A stretch of 64,000 bases of DNA from the human T2T-CHM13v2.0 reference genome, Homo sapiens. The notes beneath the pieces are model-generated. The model did no database searches. It was not told where the DNA came from and was given only the letters and a program-made list of their open reading frames with translations. This document shows, piece by piece, positions 27,205 through 37,905 of this stretch. Position 1 is the first letter of the stretch, and each line of letters starts with the position of its first letter. Location: assembly GCF_009914755.1 (NCBI RefSeq), contig NC_060928.1. The stretch is one strand, 5' to 3'. Both the position numbers and the translations under genes were made by a program.

Positions 27205-30200
27205 AAGGAAGATATCATCAAGATGGTTGAGCAGAGATACCCGGTACTTGCCTCCTCCACAAAGAAGGATCAAAACAACTAGAAAACCACATGTCAAATA
27301 GTGTCTAGGAAAAAATACTGGAATACAGCAAGAAAGTAACTAAGACACCCTGAAGTATACAAACTCAGGATAGAAGCATAACTCAGGATGGAAACAAAGA
27401 GAAGGAAGTGAAGCACCCAGCCAAGATCAGCTTGGCACCCAGATAACAGGTAAGTGGAGATCCCTAGGAGTCTCATTCCCACCACAAATTCCTGCAATCC
27501 TAGTTACAGGAGAGCCCCACAGTACTCACAGTCTCAACCAGTGTAGGGAGCTGTCTAGAGTCCTTGTGACTGCATTACTCCAGGGAGGAAAACTCACAGT
27601 GTTCCCCCCACACTCCCCAGGATCCAGGCTACTGCAACATGGTACTGTTTTGAAGTAAGAACCACTGCCAGAGTGCATCCTCCACAAAAGCCCAATTGCC
27701 CCTACATCTCCACATCTCTGCGGCACTTCACTCATCCCACCATACCCACACCAGAAGGCTGCAGGGCCATGGCCTGAGCTAGACCCAATGGTGCATCTGT
27801 GAACCAGGCACCTGAACCCAGGCAGCACCCTACATGCTCGGGAACAGGTGGTACGGTGCAGCAGGGAGGTCACCCAAAATAGAGAGTGAGCCACATGTGT
27901 CCTTCCCAGACCACCCAGCCTGCCACCACCTGTGACCCCTTCTACTTTAACAGCTGAATCATCATCTGCCTATGAACCCTCTCAAGGATGCTGAGAACTG
28001 AACCACCTGAGGCCTGCTGCCACAAGTGACCACAACTACTCTAGCTGTAGAAGAGTGAGGTGCCATCACTAGAACCCAAGGACTGGCTCACCTAGGTCTG
28101 CTTGGGCCTGCTTCCATCAGCAACTCCATCTACTCCAGTAGCAGAGCTGCTGAGCATCTTCAAATCTCACCAGGGGGCCAAGCATTTCCCACCAAGGGCC
28201 TGCTCTCACCAGTGACCCTTCCCACTTCAGTGATACAGATGCCATGCAACTGTGTACCCTCCAATCACACAAAGGCTCACTGCAGTGGCAACCTTACTCA
28301 CTCCAGCAATGGAACTGCCATGTACCCTACTCAAGGACTTGAGAACCTGCTCACCTGGGGTCCACCTTTGCTGGCAATCTTGCCCCCTCCAAAGACAAAA
28401 TTGCCATGCCCTGTGCCCACTCTTGTAAGTCCCAAAGACTGGCCCACTTGGGACCATTGCTAATGGTAACTCTGCACTTTTGACCAGAAGAGCTGTCATG
28501 CGCCTTTCCAGGGCCTAAGACTAGGCCCACCTGGTAGACACCCTCTGCCACTGCCACCAAAGCCATGACGCGGTCTCCATAAACACACTCAATCTACGCC
28601 ACTTATGCACTCACAAACACTGCTGACATAGATTACAGCCAAAGATGTCATATGGAGACTGCACTATTGTGCCCAACAAAAACCAAAGCCAAAGCACCCT
28701 AACCAACTGACATTATGAGAAAAATCCACAGGAAAAAAAAGTCTTTCCATACAAAAGTCAGAAGGGCTTTCTAAAAACTAGAAGACATTACTGTTCAGAA
28801 ACATTAAAAAAAAAAAAAAAGGACGTTGCTAAGGGATCACAATTATTCTCCAGTAACAGAGTCCTCAAAAAAGTAAATCTATTAGATGCCTGAGAAGGAT
28901 TTCAAAATAATGATAGAAAACTCTCAGTGGAATACAAGAGAACACAGATGGACAACACAAATAAATCAGGAAAACAATTCATGATCTAAATGAGAAATTC
29001 AACAAAGAGATAGGTATCATGAAAAAAACAAACAGAATATCGGTACTAAAGAATTTAATGAATAAAATACAAAAACACAATCAAGAGCTTCAATAATAGC
29101 TAGATCAAGATAAAGAAAGAATTTCTGAACTTGAAAACAGAAGTCTTTTGAAATAACTCAGTCAGACCAAAAAACGACAGAAGAATAGAAAAGAATAAGG
29201 AAAGCCTGCAAGACTTATGGAACACCACTAAGAAAACACATTCTTGCATTTGGAAGTTTCAGATGAAGGAATAGAAAAAAGTATAGAAAACCTATTTAAT
29301 GAAATAATAGCTGAAAATGTTATAAGTCTATAAAGAGATGTGGACATCCAGATCCCCAAATTGATTCAACCCTAAAAAATGTTCTCTCTGAGACACAGTA
29401 CAGTGAAACTGGCAAAAAGCAAAGACAAAGAATTTTAGAAACAGCAAGTGAAAAGTGTTAAGTCAAAAATAACAAAATATCTATCAGACTTACAGCAGAT
29501 TTCTCAGATTTCCCTCTTACAGGCCAGGATATAATGAGATTATATACTCAAAGTGCTGAAAGAAAATAACTGCCAGTGAGGACTAATATACCCAGCAAAG
29601 CTATCCTTCAGAAATGAAAGAGAAATAAAGTCTCTTCCAGACGAGAAAAAACTGAAGGAAATCATCACCACTAGGTTGGTTCTGCAAGAAATGCCTAAAG
29701 AGAGTCCTACCTCTACAAGTGAAAGTACAAGAACTACTATTATGATAATACAGTAAAATATAAAACTCACTGACAGAGCAGGTATACAAATGAGAAAGAA
29801 ATAAATCAAATTATATTACTACCAAAAAACCCACAAAGATAAATAATAAGAGAGAAATAAAGAAACAAATGATGCACAAAACAATCAGAAATAATCAACA
29901 AAATGACAGGAGTTAAGTCTGTACCTATCACTAAGAACCTTTAACGTAAACAGTTTATATCCCCCAATTAAGAGATATAGACTGGCTTAATAAATAAACA
30001 ATCAAGACCTAACTATATGCTACCCCAAAAAATCTCACTTCACCTGTAAAGACTAAAAGCAAAAGGATAAAAGAAAGATATTCCACACAAATGGAAAACA
30101 AAAGTTTAGAGCAGGAGTAGCTTTACTTACATAGGATAAAATAGAATTTAAGTCAAAAACTATAAAGACAGACAAAAAGGTAGTTATATAATTAGAAAGG

Positions 30201-33200
30201 GATCAATTTCACAAGAAAATATAACAATAGTAAATATATATGTACACAACTCCAGAGCACCCAGATATATAAAGAAAATATTATTAAAGCTAATAGGAGA
30301 GGTTGGGAACCTTACCACCCAGCCCTCAGCATTGGACAGATCGACAAAGAAAATCAACAAAGAATCGGATTTTAACTGCACTATAGACCAAATGGGCCTA
30401 AATGACATTTACAGAACATTTTATCCAACAGCTGTAGAATACACCTTCTTTTAATCAGCATGTGGAACTTTCTCCAAGATAGACCATATGTTGGGCGACA
30501 AAACAAGTATCAACAAATTTTTAAAACTCAAAACCATGTCAAATATATTTTCAGACCAGAATGGAATAAAACTAAAAATCAATAACAAGAACAACTTTGG
30601 AAATTTTACAAATGCATGGAAATTAAACAACATGCCTCTGAATGACCAATGAAACAATAAAGATCCTTTTAAAAGCATTCTTTTTAAAAATTTATAAAAC
30701 AAATGCAAATAGAAACACAACATAAGAAAACCTATGGGATACAGCAAAAGCAATCATAAGTGGAAAGTTTATAGCAATAAATGCCTACAACAAAAAGGAA
30801 GAAATATTTTAAATAAATGATATAATGTTGTACTTCAAGAACATAGAAAACCAAGAAAAACCAAATCCAAGATTAGTTGAAGGAAATAAATAATAGAGAT
30901 CAAAGCAGAGCTGAATGAAATAGAGACTAAAAAAAATTCAAAATATCAATGAAATGAAAAAGTTTTTTAAGACAATAAACCAAACTGGCAAACCATTAGC
31001 TAAACTAACTGGAAAAAAGAGAAATAATCCAAATAAATAAAATTAGAAATGGAAAAGGAGACATTACAACTGATACCAGAAAAATACAAGAGTAGTTCAA
31101 CACTATTATGAACAACCATGTGCTAACAAGTTGGAAAATCTGGAGAAAATGGATAAATTTCTGAATACATACAATCTACCAAGATGGAACTATGAAGAAA
31201 TAAAAGCCTTGAACAAATCAATAACAAGTAATGAGATTGAATCAGTAATAAAAAGTCTTGCAACAAAGAAAAGCCCAGGAATGGAAAAATTAATTGCTGA
31301 ATTCTACAAAAGTTTTAAAGAGAAACAAATACCAATTCTTCACAAACTATTCCAAAAAATTGAAGGCAGGAAATTCTTCCAAATTCATTCTACAAGGCCA
31401 GCATTACATTGATATAAAAGTAGCACAAGGACACATTATAAAAGGGAAACTGCAGACCAATATCCCAGATGAATATAGATGCGAAAATACTCAAAATAAT
31501 ACTAGCAAATAAATCCAGCAGCATGTCAAAAAGATTATACACCATGACAAAGTGGTATTTATCAAAAGGATGCAAGGATAGTTCAACAAATGCAAATCAA
31601 TAAATGTGATACCTCATATCAATATAATGAAGGAGGAAAATCACGATCATCTCAATAGATGCAGAAAATGCATTTGATAAAATTTCACATCTCCTTATGC
31701 TAACAACTCTCAAAAAATAGGTATAAAAGGAATGTATATCAACAAAGTAAAAGTCATGTATGACAAAACCACAGCTAACATCATACCAAACAGGGAAAAA
31801 TTTAAAGCTTTTCCTTTAAGAACTTTACAGAACATTTCATCCAACAGCTGTGGAATACACATATTATACACATACAAGAGAAGGATACCCACTTTTGCCA
31901 CTTTTATTCAACATAATACTGGAATCCTAGCCAGAGCAATTAGGCTAAGCAATAGAAATAAATGGCCTCAAAATTTGAAAAGAAGTCAAATTATCTCTGT
32001 TGCAAATGACATAGCTTACATTTAGAAAAACCTAAAGACTCTACCAAAAAAACTTCAGAGCTAATGAATGAATTCAATGAAGTTATGGAATACAAAACAA
32101 ACATACAAAAATGAGTAGCATTTCTAGACACTAGTAACAAGCTAACTGAAAAAGAAATTATGAAACTGATTCATTTACAATAGTTATAAAAAATTAAAAT
32201 ATCCAGGAATTAAGCAAAAAGGTGAAAGGTCTTCACAAGGAAAACTATAAATCATTAATGAAGAAATTGAAGAGAAAAGAAAAAAATGAAAAGACATCCC
32301 ATGTTCATAGCTGAGAAAAATTAATATTGTGAAAATGATGATACTACCCAAAGCCATCTGAAGATTCAATGTAATTCCAATCAAAATATCAATGACATTC
32401 TTCACAGAAATAGAAAAAAAAAAAAATCTTGGCTTCATATGGAACCAAAAAGGACCCTGAATACCCAAAGCGATCCTGATACAAAGGAACAAAGCTGGGA
32501 GCATCACACTACCTGAGATTACACTACAAAGCTATAGTAACCAAAACAGCATGTTACTGGTATTAAAAACAGACATGTAGACCAATGAAACAGAATGCAG
32601 AACCCAGAAATAAGTCCACATATTTACAACCAACTGAATCTTGACAAAGACACCATGAACATACATTGGAGAAAGGATGGTGCTGGGAAAACTTGATATC
32701 AATGTGCAGAAAAACTAAAACTAGATCTTTATCTCTCACCATATACAAAAATCAATACCAAATGAATGAAAGTCTTAAAAAACTAGTAAAAGAAAACACA
32801 AGAAAAATGCTTCAAAATATTGATCTGGGCAAATATTTTATGGATAGGACTCCAAAAACACAAGAAACAGAAACAAAATAGACAAATGAGATTATATTAA
32901 GTGAAAAAGCTTCTGCACAGCAAAGTAGACAATCAAGTGAGTGAAGAGATAACTGAAAAAAAGGGGAGGAAATAACTGCAAACTATTCATCTGACAAGGG
33001 ATTAATATCCAGTATATACAAGGAACTCGAACAATGCAACAGTAAAAATAATAATAATAATAATTGGATTAAAAATTGACAAATTAGCTGAACAGACATT
33101 TCTCAAAAGAAGACATACAAATGGCCAACACGTATATGGAAAAATGCTTGACATCACTAATCATCAGAGAAATACAAATCAAAACCACAATAAGATAGCA

Positions 33201-34022
33201 TCTCACTTCAGAATAGCTATTATCAAAAATATAAAAATAACAAATTCTGGTAATGATGCAGAGAAAAAGACACTCTTATACAATGTTGACAGTAATGTAA
33301 ATTAGTATAGCCATTATGAAAAGTTCTCAAAAAACTAAAATTATAACTATTATATAATCTAGCAATACTACTTCTGGATATTTATCCAAAGGAAAGGAAA
33401 TCAGTATATCAAAGAGATATCTGTACCCTTATGTTTACTGCAGCCCTATTCACAATAGCCAAGATATGGAATTAACCCAAGTGTCCATTCACAAATGAAT
33501 GAATAAAGAAAATGTGGTATATGTACAGAATGAAATAATATTCTACCACAAAAATAATGAAATCCTATCATTTACAACAACATGGGATATTATGTGGAGT
33601 GGAATAAGTCAGGCACAGAAAGATAAGTACTACATCTCACACATTGATGCTATAAAATTTGAGCTCATACAATATAATAGAATGGTGGTTACTAGAGGCT
33701 GGGAAGAGTGGCAGGAAGGGGGATAGAAAGGGCTTGCTTAACAGATACAAAATCATAGCTAGATGGGAGGAATAAGTCCTGGCATTCTATAGCACTGTGG
33801 GGTGGTTATGGTTAACAATAATTTATTGTATATTTTCAAATAGCTAGAAGAGAGGATTTTGAGTGTTCCCAACACGAAGAAATGCTCAACGTTTGAGGTG
33901 ATGGATGTGATAATTACCCTGATTTAGTCATTACAGATTGTACGCATCTATTGAAATAACGCTTTGTACCACACGAATATGTGTAAGTATTATGTGTCAA
34001 TTAAAAATAAAATTTTTAAAAA
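27205..34022 (+). mobile_element. Near-full-length decayed L1 (L1MA4-like): 5' UTR, ORF1 and ORF2 remnants, 3' UTR
   Basis: 5' caagatgg start and a C-rich, internally repetitive 5' UTR. ORF fragments are ORF2-like (ENLEKMDKFLNTYNLPR; YDKTTANIIPNREKFKAFPLR; WCWENLISMCRK). The 3' end gctagaagagaggattttgagtgttcccaacac...tgtgtcaattaaaaataaaa is L1MA4-type. Many stops and frameshifts. Confidence 0.92.
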
Positions 34023-34039
34023 GTATGGTAATGTAAAGC

Positions 34040-36560
34040 TGATATGGTTTGGCTGTGTCCCCACCCAAATATTATCTTGTATTGTAGCTCCCACAATTCT
34101 CAGATGTCATGGAAGGGACCCAGTAGGAGGTAATTGAATCATGGGGGCAAGTCTTTCCCATGCTGTTCTCGTGAGAGTGAGTAAGTCTCATGCGATCTCA
34201 TGGTTTTGTAAAGAGGAGTTTCCTTGCACAAGCTCTCTCTTCCCTGCTACCATGTAAAATGTGAGTTGCTCCTCCTTGCCTTTCACCATGATTGTGTGGC
34301 CTCCCCAGCCACATGGAACTGTGAGTCCATTAAACCTCTTTTTCTTTATAAATCACCCAGTCTTGGGTGTGTATTTATTAGCAGCATGAAAATAGACTAA
34401 TACAGTAAATTGCTGCCAGTAGAGTGGGGCACTTCTGTAAAAATACTTGAAAATATGGAAGCAACTTTGGAACTGGGTAAGAGGCAGAGTTTGGAACAGT
34501 TTGGAGGGCTCATGTGGGAATGTTTGGAACTTCCTAGAGACTTGTTGAATGGCTTTGACCAAAATGCTGATAATCATGTGGTCAGTGAAGTCCAGGATGA
34601 CTTGTTGAATGGCTTTGACCAAAATGCTGATAATCATGTGGTCAGTGAAGTCCAGGCTGACTTGTTGAATGGCTTTGACCAAAATGCTGCTAATCATGTG
34701 GACAATGAAGTCCAGGCTGAAGTGGTCTCAGATGGAGATAAGGAACTTGTTGGGAACTGGAGTAAAGGTGGCTCTTGCTATGTTTTAGCAAAGAAACTGG
34801 TGGCATTTTGCCCCTGCCCTAGAGACTTGTGAAACTTTGAACTTGAGAAAGATAATTTAGGATATCTGCAGAAGAAATTTCTAAGCAGCAAAGCATTCAA
34901 GATATGACTTGGATGCTGTTAAAAGCATTCAGTTTTAAAGGGGAAACAGCATAAAAGTTCAGAAAATTTGCAGCCTGACAATGCAATAGAAGATAAAAAC
35001 TCATTTTCTGAGGAGAAACTAATTTTCTGAGCAGAAATTTGCATAAGTAACAAGGAACCAAATGTTAATCACCAAGACAATGGGAAAAATGTCTCCAGGA
35101 CATGTCAGAGACCTTGCAGCAGCGCCTCCCATCACAGGTCCAGAGGCCTAGGAGAAAAAAGTGGTTCTGTGGGCTGGGCCCAGGGCTTCTCTGCTCTGGC
35201 AGCCTAGAAACTTGGTGCCCTGTATGCCAGCTGCTCCAGCCATGGCTAAAATGGGCCAAGCAACAATTCAGGTGGTGGCTTCTTAGGGTGCAAGCCCCAA
35301 GCCTTGGCAGCTTCCACATGGTTTTGGGCCGGCAAGTGCAGAGAAGTCAAGAATTGAGGTTTGGGAATCTCTGTGTAGATTTCAGAGTGTGTATGGAAAT
35401 GCCTGGATACCCAGGCAGAAGTTTGCTGCAGGGGCAGGACCCTCATGGAGAACCTCTTCTAGAAGAGTGCAGAAGGGAAATGTGGGATCAGAGCCCTTAC
35501 ACAGAGTCCCTACTGGGGCAACGCCTAGTAGACCTGTGATAAGAGAGCCACTGTCCTCTAGACCACAGAATGATAGATCTACCAACAGCTTGCACTATTG
35601 GGCTGCTTCCAATTTTGGACTATAGGTTGAGTATTCTGTATACAAAATGCTTGGGAAGAGACGTGTTTTGGATTTTGGACTTTTTCAGATTTCAGAATCT
35701 GGAAATGCACCTGGAAGAGCCACAGACACTCAATGACGGCCTGCAAAGGCAGCCAGGAGCAGGGCTATACCCTTCAAATCTACATGGGTGGAGCTGCCCA
35801 AGGCCATGGTAGCCTACCTTTTGCATCAGTGCAACCTGGATGTGAGATATGGAGTCAAAGGAGATCAGTTTAGAGCTTTAAGATTTGACTGCCCCACTGG
35901 ACTTTGGACTTGCATGAGGCCTGTAGTCCCTACATTTTGGCCAATTTCTTTCATTTGGAATAGCTGTATTTACCCAATGTTTGTACCCTGATGGTATCTA
36001 GGAACTAACTTGCTTTCAAATTTACAGGCTCATAGGCAGAAGGGATTTGCCATGTGTCAGATGGAATTTTGGACTGTGGACTTTTGAGTTAATTCTGAAA
36101 TGAGTGAAGACTTTGGGGGAATGTTAGGAAGGTATGATTGGTTTTGAAATGTGAGGACATGAGATTTGGGAGGGGCCAGGGGCAGAACTATATGGTTTGG
36201 CTGTGTCCCCACCCAAATCTCATCTTGAATTGTAGCTCCTGCAATTCCCACGTGCCATGAGAGGGACCCAGTGGGAGGTAACTGAATCATAAAGACAGGT
36301 CTTTCTCATGCTGTTCTCATGATAGTGAATAAGTCTCACGAGATATGACGGTTTTATAAAGAGGAGTTCCCCTGCACAAACGCTGTCTTCCCTGCCACCG
36401 TGTAAGATGTGACTTGCTCCTCCTTGCCTTCTGCTATGATTGTGAGGCCTCCCCAGCCACATGGAACTGTGAGTCTGTGAGTCCATTAAACCTCTTTTCC
36501 TTTATAAATCACCCAGTCTCAGGTATGTCTTTATTAGCAGCATGAAAACAAATGAATACA
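34040..36560 (+). mobile_element. Two-LTR THE1 (MaLR) provirus, THE1C/D-like: 5' LTR 34040-34404, internal 34405-36187, 3' LTR 36188-36560
   Basis: tgatatggtttggctgtgtccccacccaaat...ctaataca LTRs, polypurine tract gggaggggccaggggcagaa before the 3' LTR, 5-bp TSD aaagc/gaagc. Confidence 0.95.
34539..34718. repeat. 3 x 60-bp tandem repeat inside THE1-int
   Basis: Unit gacttgttgaatggctttgaccaaaatgctgataatcatgtggtcagtgaagtccagg(a/c)t at 34539, 34599 and 34659. Confidence 0.97.
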
Positions 36561-37500
36561 GAAGCTTTGGTCTGAATGTGGAGTGAGGTATACACTGCTG
36601 TTGGGAGTGTAAAGTGGCATAACCACTTTGGAAAGCTGATAGTGTCTATCAAACCTATATTTTATTATTAATTATTTCATTATTTTATTCCACTTCCAGG
36701 ACTCTTCTAAGAGGTATGATATATATATACATCCAAAAACATGAACAATAATGTTTAGGGAAGTATTGTTTGCAATATAGATTGAGCATCCCTGATCTCA
36801 AAATTTAAAATTAAAAATGCTCCAACATCCCAAACTTTTTGAGCCACAAGTGGAAAATTCCAAATATGACCGTATGTGGTGAGTCACAGTCAAAACTTTG
36901 TTTCATGCACAAAATTAAAAATATTGTATAAAATTACCTTCAGCCCATGCATATAAGATATACATGAAACATAAATGAATTTCATGTTTAGACCTGGGTC
37001 CCATCCACAAGATATCACATTATATATATGCAAATATTCCAAAATCTGAAAAATTCAAAATCCAAAACACTTCTGTTCCCAAGCATTTTGTATAAAGAAT
37101 AATCAACCTGTAGTCCAAAATTAGAAGCAACCCAACAGTTCTTTAATGTTGGAGCAGATAAATAAATGGTGGCATATTCAAACAAAGGAAGACCACGTAT
37201 CATTTCAAGGAAACACGTTATGTGAAACAACATTGATAAATTTAACAAATTTTGTCAGATGCAAAACAATATATTTATATATGAAATTCAAAAACAGGCA
37301 AAAACCAGTATGTGGTGACAGAAATCAAGATCATGGTTGCCTTTGGGGAGAAGGTAAGGGTAGTGACTAGAAAAGGACCCAGAGAGAGGTTTCTGGGCTA
37401 CAGGTAATATTCTATTTCTTTATTTGTGTATTGGTTGCATGAATATGCTTACTTTGTGATAATTCATATATATAAGCTATACATGTATTATTTATTTCTA
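36561..37500 (+). mobile_element. Old L1M (L1ME-like) 3' portion, continuation of 26679-26865
   Basis: tacactgctgttgggagtgtaaagtggcataaccactttggaaa...gaaattcaaaaacaggcaaaaacc...ggtttctgggctacaggtaatattctatttctt. Confidence 0.8.
36778..37110 (-). mobile_element. Tigger4/Zombi-family MITE (Tigger4b/MER46B-like)
   Basis: Terminal inverted repeats tagattgagcatccct...aataatcaacctg with TA on both sides. Internal aaatccaaaacacttctgttcccaagcattt. Confidence 0.85.
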
Positions 37501-37729
37501 CATTTATTTACTACAGAAAAAGAAGTAAGGTTTATTTCTATAGTAAATAAATGTTAAACTTATTTTAATGAATAAAATGTATTTAGGTTTTATTATTAAA
37601 GGTTTTATTATTTTAAATAAAATGTGAATAAAAATAAGCAATTCTAGTTAGGACTCTGTTTTTGAGAATTAGCTTTGTGAAGACCTTTCCCTGAAAGAAG
37701 TGTGTCCAGTAGTTCGTTGAGATTACATT

Positions 37730-37905
37730 ACCAAAGAGCACAGAATTGGGAATAAAGGTACCTGGGTCCTAGGTCCACTCTGACATAACTAGTTCTCTTA
37801 CTGGAACTAGTCATGTGACATGTCTGGTCTTCCTGTATTCTTTAGTGAAAGAAGGCTTTTGAGCTAATCTTTAACATTTCTCTCAACTTTAAAAGTCTCA
37901 TGGTT
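37730..37905 (+). mobile_element. MIR SINE relic
   Basis: aaagagcacagaattggga...cctgggtcctaggtccactctgacataactag. Confidence 0.55.

Noticed and set aside
27890-28560. Imperfect ~100-bp repeats (gactggc(t/c)cac(c/t)t) in a C-rich region
   Set aside because: They are the internally repetitive 5' UTR expected of old L1M elements, not a separate system or CpG island.
34539-34718. CRISPR-like appearance of regular repeats
   Set aside because: Head-to-tail units with no unique spacers, inside a primate LTR element, and no cas genes.
35065-36486. Dense cluster of ORFs up to 145 aa
   Set aside because: All lie in decayed THE1 internal or LTR sequence and no continuous reading frame exists.
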